Positions 48,297 to 56,385 of a stretch of 64,000 bases of DNA are shown here, one piece after another. Both the position numbers and the translations under genes were made by a program. Source of the stretch: a virus (Duplodnaviria > Caudoviricetes); the IMG/VR virus record IMGVR_UViG_3300023213_000432, positions 263,424-327,423 of that record; one strand, given 5' to 3'. The first letter of the stretch is position 1, and the number at the start of each line of letters is the position of its first letter. The notes under the pieces are model-generated. The model had not been told where the DNA came from, made no database searches, and saw only the letters and a program-made list of their open reading frames with translations.

Positions 48297-49037
48297 ATGG
48301 CTCTTAAGATTGCACAGCCAGGATTAAATCCTCTTGGACAATTCGACTGCCTCGACGCTGACGTTTTCCGCGTTAAGGGTGGCGAAGTAATGCTTTTTGA
48401 TAACGTTCTCTCTCCCAACCCTCCCGGCACTGACTTAGCTGCTTCGGATGCGTTTGACGGCTATGTTAACCCCAGCTCGGTTCAAAAGAGAACCGTGGTT
48501 CGCTTGTATCCATCAACTCTCGATGGTTATGGCCCTGTGATGCTTTCTGACGATGGTATTAAAGGATATGGTACTCTCTTCGGCACAGTTGTTGGCGCAG
48601 TTGCTGGTCAGACCGCTTATGGTCCTAACCAGACTCCTGCGGCTACAGATTTGCTTGGACCTCATACTGCTAAAGGCTCTGGCAAGATTACTTGCTGGGA
48701 TAAACCCGGTGTTTATGCAGTTTCGTTGGATGCATGCGACCCCGCAGCTTCTACCGGTTTGCAACCCACCAACACCTTCATTGGTGCAGGCAACAAATTG
48801 TTCGTTATGGCAGATGGCACTGGCAGATTGACTCCATCCAACGGCTTTAACTTGTTCCCCAAGTCCTATGTTGGTCGTTTCATTGAATTCGAGACTCTCC
48901 AGTCTTTGGTGACTACCCCCAATCGTTTGGTGGCAGCTCTCAATAGCCCCAGCGGTAGCGTTTCTTCTGTTGGTCTCGGACAGTTCAACTTTGCTCTGTT
49001 CTACTTCAACGCAGGTCAGCCTGGAACCTTCCCATGA
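48297..49037 (+). CDS. Putative head decoration/cement protein
   Basis: 246 aa, Gly-rich, highly biased codons, own leader and terminator; last structural gene before the major capsid gene. Confidence 0.65.
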   Translation: MALKIAQPGLNPLGQFDCLDADVFRVKGGEVMLFDNVLSPNPPGTDLAASDAFDGYVNPSSVQKRTVVRLYPSTLDGYGPVMLSDDGIKGYGTLFGTVVGAVAGQTAYGPNQTPAATDLLGPHTAKGSGKITCWDKPGVYAVSLDACDPAASTGLQPTNTFIGAGNKLFVMADGTGRLTPSNGFNLFPKSYVGRFIEFETLQSLVTTPNRLVAALNSPSGSVSSVGLGQFNFALFYFNAGQPGTFP

Positions 49038-49067
49038 TTGGTTGAACTAATAGTTAGTCTTCTCTTA

Positions 49068-49099
49068 AAGAGCCGAGATGTAATGTCTCGGCTCTTTTT
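49068..49099 (+). terminator. Intrinsic terminator (probably bidirectional)
   Basis: AAGAGCCGAGAT-GTAAT-GTCTCGGCTCTT followed by TTT, between convergent genes. Confidence 0.85.
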
Positions 49100-49104
49100 G
49101 TTTG

Positions 49105-49728
49105 TTAAAGGATATTTTTCCAAAAAACCAATTTGCGTTTGATAAGAGTTTTAATCAAGCGCCCCGCCCAATCCGTAAATTGCTCCATTGTCATATTGTG
49201 TTTAGCAATATTGCAAGCTATACAACAGGGCACCACATTGTCCTCTGAATGATCTCGCGAAGGATCAACACGATCCAGCCCATTGTATTTAAAGAACGCA
49301 TTTTTAGCCCATTCCACATTTACATCTGTATTTTTTACTCTACCATCTTTGGCGATGTAAGCATTATAAGTATTTGAGGCACCGGCTCCACAATAGTAAC
49401 ACGGTTCTTGCGATAAACGAAGAAAAACATCAAAAGAACATCCGTCGTCATACGACATTTCCCATATTCTTTTAGCTGAAGCTATTTTGGGATCCTTAAA
49501 TTTTCTTCCTCTCGTGTTGCCTAAGTTACTTTCCATCAACCTTTCCTTATGCCAACATCCACAACTTTGCGTGTGTTCGCTTCGTAAATGATTTGCTTCT
49601 ACTATAGTTTTTTTACCACAATCACACTTGCATAGCCAATACGCCCTGCCACTTGGTTTCTTGGTATGGTCATATTGAATCACCGTCAATTTTCCAAATC
49701 TTTGTCCTGTTAAATCAATTCTTTTCAT
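49105..49728 (-). CDS. His-Me finger (HNH-like) endonuclease-family protein, single domain
   Basis: MKRIDLTGQRFGKLTVI..SCGC; CYYCG..YNGLDRVD..CCIACNIAK. Confidence 0.8.
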   Translation of the reverse strand: MKRIDLTGQRFGKLTVIQYDHTKKPSGRAYWLCKCDCGKKTIVEANHLRSEHTQSCGCWHKERLMESNLGNTRGRKFKDPKIASAKRIWEMSYDDGCSFDVFLRLSQEPCYYCGAGASNTYNAYIAKDGRVKNTDVNVEWAKNAFFKYNGLDRVDPSRDHSEDNVVPCCIACNIAKHNMTMEQFTDWAGRLIKTLIKRKLVFWKNIL

Positions 49729-50771
49729 AATAAATAGTTCAAAGAGACCCACGATTTTAGTCGTGGGAGGAATTGAACTCTCCTATTCTGTGCATATAAA
49801 ACGTCAATATCTCTTTTCTTGACGAATTGTTTAACTCTTTTTCCAGTAATAATACTATGGAGCGAAATTTTTCCTTTGCTACTTCCTCCAAGGTAATAAA
49901 GCTTACCTTTATGTTTCACGACAGATCCTCTTGATATTCCCATAGAGATAGTGGTGCCATATTGTTTTCTAACATTATTCTTGATTGAATTCTGGACATG
50001 AAGTTGTCTCCGATGAAACTGCAGAAACTCTATTTTCCAAATACCAAGATACGAAATAATATCAACTTCCAATGCTATCTCTGCAAGAACATGACTATCC
50101 ACGTTATGAGCATTCCAAGAATAATTAAGCTTGGAATATGATTTTTGAAAGCCTCGTTGATCTCGTTTTTCTTGAGTTTGATGTCCTTGGGTTTTGAGAA
50201 GCTGAACTCCAAGGTTTTCTATTTCTTGATAGAACCAAACCTTTCCCACTTCTAAAGGAGAGAAAGAAAGATTCCACTTTGCCTGCCCTTTCTTAGTGGC
50301 AGCGGCAATATCTTCTACATTAACGATTGTGATAGGAATAATTTTCAGAAGAAATTTAACCATCCGTAGTTTAGCATTCCACCTAGCTTTGGTGGAAGGA
50401 GGAATTCGATTTTTCCTCAAAGTAGCTCTGTTTTCTCGACAAGAACGATAGGGGGTCTTTCGATGTCTTCTAGCTCTTCGAAGGTTTCTACGAGTTTCTA
50501 CATGATCTTTAACCCAGTCTGGAGTATTAGTCGTGATATTGAGAACTACTGTTTTCTTAGTAGCAATAGTATATCCTTCTCTTTTACTTCCTGGATCAAT
50601 GCCAAGAGCAATGGGTTGTGTCTTTCGGTTAAAAGGTTCTCTGGTTAGACGGACGCAGAAAATTCCCTTCTGCCAATATGAAATAGCCTTTCCTTTCTCC
50701 ATAAGTTTCCGTGCTCTTTTCTCAGAGCAGGGCATTAATGGTTGTTTATTATTATCGATGACGGGAACCAA
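49725..50771 (-). CDS. isrB: IsrB RNA-guided nickase (IscB family lacking HNH)
   Basis: PLMP N-domain, RuvC-I GIDPGSK, Arg-rich bridge helix, RuvC-II VNVED, RuvC-III HNVD; 348 aa with no HNH insert. Confidence 0.85.
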   Translation of the reverse strand: MVPVIDNNKQPLMPCSEKRARKLMEKGKAISYWQKGIFCVRLTREPFNRKTQPIALGIDPGSKREGYTIATKKTVVLNITTNTPDWVKDHVETRRNLRRARRHRKTPYRSCRENRATLRKNRIPPSTKARWNAKLRMVKFLLKIIPITIVNVEDIAAATKKGQAKWNLSFSPLEVGKVWFYQEIENLGVQLLKTQGHQTQEKRDQRGFQKSYSKLNYSWNAHNVDSHVLAEIALEVDIISYLGIWKIEFLQFHRRQLHVQNSIKNNVRKQYGTTISMGISRGSVVKHKGKLYYLGGSSKGKISLHSIITGKRVKQFVKKRDIDVLYAQNRRVQFLPRLKSWVSLNYLL

Positions 50772-51043
50772 TTTCTATTTATTTCCTCAAAAAAAATGCA
50801 CTTACGTGCCTTGTTCAACTCGCTTCGACATAAGCAAAACACAGTGGCTACAGACTAGCGAAACATCCAGTAGCATGACCTTTTCCAGTCTCGTCATTAG
50901 CGATCCTGATCTGCCTATTTGAAATATCGTTTGGTAAATTACCTTTCTTCTTTCTTTGTCTAGTACAATATTTTAGTCTTGATCAAAAGAATCTGACTAG
51001 GATCCTTCGCACAAGCCCATGACTTTAGTCATGGGTTATTGAC
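49741..51043 (-). mobile_element. Non-autonomous IS200/IS605-family OMEGA element (omegaRNA plus IsrB)
   Basis: Left-end hairpin GTCAATAACCCATGACTAAAGTCATGGG at 51043; right-end hairpin CCCACGACTAAAATCGTGGG at 49748-49767; no tnpA. The right boundary is approximate. Confidence 0.85.
50772..51043 (-). ncRNA. omegaRNA (HEARO-like) scaffold of IsrB
   Basis: About 270-nt noncoding leader beginning at the left-end hairpin; contains GCTACTGGATGTTTCGCTAGTCTGTAGC and ATGTCGAAGCGA elements resembling omegaRNA cores. Confidence 0.75.
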
Positions 51044-51592
51044 TTTTTGTTTAGTTTGATTGCTCAATCTATTTTTGCTTGGGTTATTGTTTTGATTGCG
51101 TTCCTTCAACAATTTGCAATGCCCACAATCAGGAGCATGCTTTTTACCAACATTACGTCGATGTCCTTTCATTTTTTCACTTACCTTTTTCTTGCTTTCT
51201 TCGGATCTTGGTGGTTGTTTCCACCCACTAGCATATAAATCTTTTTTCTGTTGTGATAATAATTGTTTAGTTTGTTCTGAATGCTGATGTCCAGAGGCAC
51301 CATCGCCACCATCGGTGATATTATACAACTGAACTCCAATGGATCTTAAATAAGCAATCCACCAACATTCTGCTTCATTAAGATTTTCTTCCGTGTCGTG
51401 ATGTTCCAGTATTGAATAGTCGAAATTGCTAATACCATACTTTTGAAGTGCTAAATCTATTGGGTATCGACGATGAGATTTATGATCACCTAATCGCCTG
51501 TTTTCATTAATGGTTTTGCCAACATAGGCTTTGCCGTTGATTCGGTTGATAAAGATGTAGATAACCGGGTTGAATGACTTACTTTTTACCAC
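51029..51592 (-). CDS. GIY-YIG homing endonuclease with NUMOD3 motifs
   Basis: VIYIFINRINGKAYVGKT, R..H, E, YN..DGG, HSEQTKQLLS; its stop codon lies inside the IS left end. Confidence 0.88.
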   Translation of the reverse strand: MVKSKSFNPVIYIFINRINGKAYVGKTINENRRLGDHKSHRRYPIDLALQKYGISNFDYSILEHHDTEENLNEAECWWIAYLRSIGVQLYNITDGGDGASGHQHSEQTKQLLSQQKKDLYASGWKQPPRSEESKKKVSEKMKGHRRNVGKKHAPDCGHCKLLKERNQNNNPSKNRLSNQTKQKVNNP

Positions 51593-51661
51593 AATTATTA
51601 TATATTGTGCATTTATTTGCTTTTTTTAAAAAGAGTTATTTTTTTCTCCTTAAACATGGTA

Positions 51662-51673
51662 ATAACAGCCCAT
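51662..51673 (+). promoter_or_regulatory. Candidate promoter motif of the major capsid gene
   Basis: ATAACAGCCCAT followed by two leader hairpins and a GGAG RBS. Confidence 0.5.
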
Positions 51674-51741
51674 ATGATCAAATGCCTTTTGGCATTGGCT
51701 AGCATTTTGCTGGCAACCAATTCTTTCAATGGAGAAACATA

Positions 51742-52755
51742 ATGAATATGTTTGATTCACGAGGACAGATTAACGCTTCCTCAAATGCTGATCTTATGCA
51801 GCAACTTGTTAAATATGCGCAGATCCTTTCGGATAACGTTCCGGCTAATCAGGGTCTCGCAGGGCAGCCAGCTCTTTCTGATGAACGTCGGGACGATCTA
51901 GTTGCACGCGCTATTCAGACGCAAGATGGCAAAATTGCTCTTGCTCAAGCGATGGCAAATCCCATCCGAAGAAACTTAGATTATCACGGAATTGCTCGTA
52001 GAGCACTCGTGGTCGATCCTCTTCCTCAGGGCGCTCTTCCCACGTATGACCGTGATATTGATGTCGTGGCAGTGGTTATTGCCTCTAACGGCACTGGTCC
52101 TGAATCCCGCGTTTTCGGTGACCGTGTTACTGTTCCCGAGTTTGAGATTTATGCTAACCCAACCGTTCGTATCGCTGAAGTTAAGCGTCGCCGATTCAAC
52201 GTGATTGACCGTGCAGTCCAAAAGGCTCGCCAAGAAATCATGGCTCAAGAAGATGCCAACGTGTTTGCCGCTCTCGATGCAGCTGCTTCCGTTGAAAACA
52301 CCGTAATGGATATTGCGGATGCTGGTCTTCTCAAGCGTGATTTGGTGGAAATTAAGCAGCAAGTTGATCGTTGGGATCTCGTGACGACTAAATTCTTTAT
52401 GAACATCAACGAATTCACTGACATCCTCAAGTGGGGATCTGGTGGTGGTCAAGGCGTTGGTGGTGGTGACTTGGATCCAGTGACCATGCGCGAAGTTCTT
52501 CAGACTGGGCTTTATGCTCATATTTGGGGCGCAGACATTATGGTCAGTAAAATCGTTCCTCCGGGCACCGTCTATGGCGTGGCCGACCCTGAATTCGTCG
52601 GCGTAATGCCAGTGCGACAAGACATCGAAGTACTTCCTGCGGATGAGCCAAAACAATTGAAACTTGGCTGGGTTGTGAGCGAAATCATTGGTCTCGCGAT
52701 TGTCAATCCACGTGGCGCTGCAAAGGGTAATAAATCGGTTATCATCGGAGCCTGA
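51742..52755 (+). CDS. Major capsid protein (HK97 fold inferred)
   Basis: 337 aa, strongly biased codons, strong RBS and terminator; ALAQAMANPIRRNLDY..PEFEIYANP..; position at the end of the head module. Confidence 0.82.
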   Translation: MNMFDSRGQINASSNADLMQQLVKYAQILSDNVPANQGLAGQPALSDERRDDLVARAIQTQDGKIALAQAMANPIRRNLDYHGIARRALVVDPLPQGALPTYDRDIDVVAVVIASNGTGPESRVFGDRVTVPEFEIYANPTVRIAEVKRRRFNVIDRAVQKARQEIMAQEDANVFAALDAAASVENTVMDIADAGLLKRDLVEIKQQVDRWDLVTTKFFMNINEFTDILKWGSGGGQGVGGGDLDPVTMREVLQTGLYAHIWGADIMVSKIVPPGTVYGVADPEFVGVMPVRQDIEVLPADEPKQLKLGWVVSEIIGLAIVNPRGAAKGNKSVIIGA

Positions 52756-52790
52756 TATCAAGTTAGGCAACTGATAACAGTTGAATACTC

Positions 52791-52829
52791 AAAACGACCT
52801 CTAACGCAAGTTGGAGGTCGTTTTCTTTT
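52791..52829 (+). terminator. Intrinsic terminator after the major capsid gene (probably bidirectional)
   Basis: AAAACGACCTCTAAC-GCAA-GTTGGAGGTCGTTTT followed by CTTTT. Confidence 0.85.
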
Positions 52830-53403
52830 GTCCATGTACTGTTTGATATAGTTGCTGGATCCATGCTTCAAATTCGGCAACTGTGCGTTCCCGTTTGGCA
52901 AAGTTGCACCACTTACAGCAAGGCACAACATTCTCCAACGTATGTAATTTAGTATTGTCTATCCGATCCAATCCGTTATAAATAAAAGCGCCATTCTCTT
53001 TGGCAAAAGCGGATGAGTTCTTATATGATAGATGTATGTTTTGAACATTGTTAGGTTTAGAGCCACAATAATGGCATAGTAATTGAGAAATACGAAAGAA
53101 ATCTTCAAACGACAATCCATCATTATAGTTTTTTCTCCATATGCTGCGCGCTGTTGCTTCGCTTGGATGATATTTGATGCGAACACTATACATTTTGACA
53201 GCTCGTTGGCTTCGTTTTTCGTTGTTCAAGCATCCGCATGATTTAGTGTCGCCACTCTTCAACCCGTCTGATTTGATTATTTTTTCTGTCCCACAATCAC
53301 ATAGACATAGCCATGCCATTCGGTTTCGTTTGCCAATGGGCTCCGCTTTACCTATTACTGTTAATCTTCCAAACTTCTGCCCCAATAAATTTTCTTTTTT
53401 CAT
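52801..53403 (-). CDS. His-Me finger (HNH-like) endonuclease-family protein, single domain
   Basis: GQKFGRLTVI..SCGC; CHYCG..YNGLDRIDN..H..NVVPCCKWCNFAK. Confidence 0.8.
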   Translation of the reverse strand: MKKENLLGQKFGRLTVIGKAEPIGKRNRMAWLCLCDCGTEKIIKSDGLKSGDTKSCGCLNNEKRSQRAVKMYSVRIKYHPSEATARSIWRKNYNDGLSFEDFFRISQLLCHYCGSKPNNVQNIHLSYKNSSAFAKENGAFIYNGLDRIDNTKLHTLENVVPCCKWCNFAKRERTVAEFEAWIQQLYQTVHGQKKTTSNLR

Positions 53404-54035
53404 TTAACCAATTCTCTCGCCATTCTCACAAACTTTTCATCCAGCTCAAATCCAATAAATTGTCTCCCATTATCCTTAGCAATCTTGGCGGTTTTTCCTG
53501 ATCCCAAGAATGGATCCAACACTACGTCATTTTCTTTGGTAAATGTTAGAATAATTCGTTTCACCAATTCAGAGGGAAAACTGTCTTTAGCTGGATAGTC
53601 ATTAATTTTATCACTTTCCAGAAGCCAGACATCAGGATAAAATTCGGATAAAGTATTTTTGATAGCTGGCTTTTTTCCTTTGCAAAAAAAGAGCATATGA
53701 CAAAAGGTTAGAATATAAAGATTAGATTTAAGTGTCTTAGCCCAAATTTTGTAGTTGAAGAGATTAAGCTTTGGCACAGAATTAATGATTTCTGAATGTT
53801 TCGTAAAGACAGAACCTTTAATTTTGGTGTCGGTAGTAATAGAAACCATAACACCTCCTTCAGCTAATTTATCAGAACAATCAGAATAAATCGTATGTAT
53901 AAAGCGCTTATATTCTTCCAAAGAATAGTTGGTTTCGTTAACATCTGGAGGGCTCATCACAATCAGTTGAGGAGCTACATTCAACTCTTGAATAAGATCG
54001 AGAGCGTTACCGTGATAAATAGTATTAGGCTTCAT
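53400..54035 (-). CDS. N4/N6 DNA methyltransferase (beta-class), atypical SPPD motif
   Basis: IYHGNAL..LIVMSPPD; VVLDPFLGSGKTA; GFELD. Confidence 0.8.
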   Translation of the reverse strand: MKPNTIYHGNALDLIQELNVAPQLIVMSPPDVNETNYSLEEYKRFIHTIYSDCSDKLAEGGVMVSITTDTKIKGSVFTKHSEIINSVPKLNLFNYKIWAKTLKSNLYILTFCHMLFFCKGKKPAIKNTLSEFYPDVWLLESDKINDYPAKDSFPSELVKRIILTFTKENDVVLDPFLGSGKTAKIAKDNGRQFIGFELDEKFVRMARELVK

Positions 54036-55300
54036 TGTTTGTAAAAGAAAACTCCTTCTAATTTAGTCTTACTGTCTTTGTTGCGTTTATCGGATAAGTG
54101 GCTTCGACTGGTTTGCATATACCATGTATCAATCAATTGCCACCCTTCTTCTACAATGATTCGATTCATGTCTATTTCTAGTTTCTTGACAAAAGAATTA
54201 GCCTCTCCTCCGACATTGATTCCAAAGACTGTTTCTGGTTTGCTCATATGTTTAATGTTTTGAACGGTGGCTCGCCAATATTTTTCTAACCATTCCTCAT
54301 ATACCGGGTAAGCATTATAGCACTGGGTTGATTCTTCGCTGTATTTTTCTAAAGAATAATAGGGTGGAGACGAAAAAATAAAATCAAATTTCTCATTGAA
54401 AATTTCGATCTCTGAACCGACTTTCTTGATGTGAGCCTCAAAACCAAAATAATCAATCATTCGCAACAAATTTTCGTATGTTTCTGTATTGGGTTCATAA
54501 CCGTAGTAGCTAATATTCTCTTTTTGAAGTGCCATCAACCCAAGAAGGCGCCCACCAAATCCAGCACTATAATCCAATACTTTAAACCCATCTTGAATAT
54601 ATTTACTATAAATAGTTTTAGCAACAGCGCATTTAAAAATGGATCCCATGGAAGATAATCCACTATTTTTGGCGCCGATGATGATTTGAGAAAGCGTTTG
54701 AGGCATTGGATATTGGACTGGAATACCGGCAGGATCATCATTCCAAAGCAATGTATTTCCAATTCTATTTCTCACAATTTGCCACAGTTTTTTGGAATCC
54801 TTCAGGTTATCATAAATGCTGGGACGTTCTACCCCTTTTATTTTGATGATGTTGGGAAAAAAGTTGCGATAAATTTGATTGCCTGAAGTGGAACTGTTAT
54901 TAATATAAGTAACGCCATTTTTAATTTCTATTTTAGTCTCTAATTTGCAGAGACTTTTCCAAGCACGCTGCACCTCTTTCTCATCAAAAGGAGTGCGATC
55001 AAAAGGATATTCTAGCCAAAAATTATAAACATCTTTGGCAATTTCGTCGCGTTGATTTTCATCAATGGTACGCAAATAATCTTGAGAAAGCGGCTGTCCC
55101 TTCCAGATAAGTAATTCGTTGGTTTTTAAAGTATTGTAATCGTTACTAATATTAGTGGTTGTTGGAAAATCGATAGGATCTGTCCATGGCTTTTTTTGAG
55201 GTTTTAAGTTTGGATTTTGATCCAAGTTTTGATTGCGTTTAGCTATTTTAACCATCTTGTTGGTGGGGTATATATCCGTTCGACTATTTTCGCATATCAT
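54032..55300 (-). CDS. Amino-DNA methyltransferase (alpha-order motifs)
   Basis: VLDYSAGFGGRLLG (motif I), YEPN, DFIFSSPPYY (motif IV). The true start may be MVKIAK. Confidence 0.82.
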   Translation of the reverse strand: MICENSRTDIYPTNKMVKIAKRNQNLDQNPNLKPQKKPWTDPIDFPTTTNISNDYNTLKTNELLIWKGQPLSQDYLRTIDENQRDEIAKDVYNFWLEYPFDRTPFDEKEVQRAWKSLCKLETKIEIKNGVTYINNSSTSGNQIYRNFFPNIIKIKGVERPSIYDNLKDSKKLWQIVRNRIGNTLLWNDDPAGIPVQYPMPQTLSQIIIGAKNSGLSSMGSIFKCAVAKTIYSKYIQDGFKVLDYSAGFGGRLLGLMALQKENISYYGYEPNTETYENLLRMIDYFGFEAHIKKVGSEIEIFNEKFDFIFSSPPYYSLEKYSEESTQCYNAYPVYEEWLEKYWRATVQNIKHMSKPETVFGINVGGEANSFVKKLEIDMNRIIVEEGWQLIDTWYMQTSRSHLSDKRNKDSKTKLEGVFFYKQ

Positions 55301-55312
55301 CGAGCCACTTTA

Positions 55313-56365
55313 ATGACTTTTTCCAATATTAATCCAGTTTCCGGAGCGATTCAAACACCTCAGGTTGTTTTTTCCAACCAGACGCTTGCTAGCAACGATT
55401 TTGCTATTGTCACGGGCGATTTCACTGGACTCAATGTTCAAATCAATATTCAACAGATACCTACCGGTGTCAATCCCGGTATCCAATTTTTTATTCAAGA
55501 TCTAGATCCTAGCGATAGCTTTACTCCTATTGGATCTGTTATTTCTAGCCCGGTGCTTTCTGGCGTAGGAAACACCACTGTGGTTTTTAATCCTTCTTTT
55601 TCTGGAGTGGTTAAAATTAGGTGGGCACTGACTGGTTCTTTGCCTTCATTTCCCGGCGTTTTCGTTTCGGTAGTTCCTAATAGCCGATTAGTAATCAATA
55701 CCAGCAAAACTGTCGTTCATAACGGAGCTGCTTTAACTACAAGTGGATTTTCCTTTATCAACACGATTTCGGTGAGTCGGGAAGTAGATGTTTTTATTAA
55801 CATTATTGACTTTCCTGTTGAAACTACGCCTACTCTACAATTTATCGTATATGCGATAGATCCCGGCGATCAAAATACTATCATTTCTACCGTTGCTTCT
55901 GGAACCGTGATTACTAGCCCCGGAACTCAACGATTAACTTTCACCAATAGCGGTTTCAATTTATTTAAACTAGTATGGAATATTGGTGGTAATGCTCGAT
56001 TTACTAACGTTTTTACTACTGTTTTGGTGAAAACTTTTATTAGCACTACTGGAAGCGGTTCCGGAACTTTTGTTTTTGATGAAAGTATCTCTCCAAAGCT
56101 TCTTAATTTTAATACTATTGGCACTTATCGGGAAATTTTACCGGCGGCTGTCCTTTTTCCAACATCTGTTACGTGGTGGGATTCCAGCGCCAAGAACAAG
56201 AAAGTAGCCGAAAAACTTTTTACTTACGATACCATTAAAAGAATTACCACCATCAATTATAAAGTATATGACACTAATGGTGCGTTATTAACTACTATTA
56301 CCGATACTTTTGCTTATAGTGGTAATACTTTTTTTGAAACATCTCGAACTCGTGCCATAACATGA
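55313..56365 (+). CDS. Putative virion structural protein with two internal beta-sandwich repeats
   Basis: Start MTFSNINP at 55313; IQDLDPSD and VYAIDPGD repeats; C-domain shared with gene 13873. Confidence 0.65.
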   Translation: MTFSNINPVSGAIQTPQVVFSNQTLASNDFAIVTGDFTGLNVQINIQQIPTGVNPGIQFFIQDLDPSDSFTPIGSVISSPVLSGVGNTTVVFNPSFSGVVKIRWALTGSLPSFPGVFVSVVPNSRLVINTSKTVVHNGAALTTSGFSFINTISVSREVDVFINIIDFPVETTPTLQFIVYAIDPGDQNTIISTVASGTVITSPGTQRLTFTNSGFNLFKLVWNIGGNARFTNVFTTVLVKTFISTTGSGSGTFVFDESISPKLLNFNTIGTYREILPAAVLFPTSVTWWDSSAKNKKVAEKLFTYDTIKRITTINYKVYDTNGALLTTITDTFAYSGNTFFETSRTRAIT

Positions 56366-56385
56366 ACCAAACTAGAGAATAACTC

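Noticed and set aside
48297-48314. MALKIA as a K-x-A cleavage site
   Set aside because: It would remove only six residues from a presumably external protein; likely chance.
49725-50771. IscB with HNH, or TnpB
   Set aside because: No HNH/CxxC insert between RuvC-II and RuvC-III; PLMP domain and 5' omegaRNA exclude TnpB. The features fit IsrB.
51976-52770. 264-aa minus-strand ORF
   Set aside because: Antisense shadow of the codon-biased capsid gene, with no motifs or RBS.
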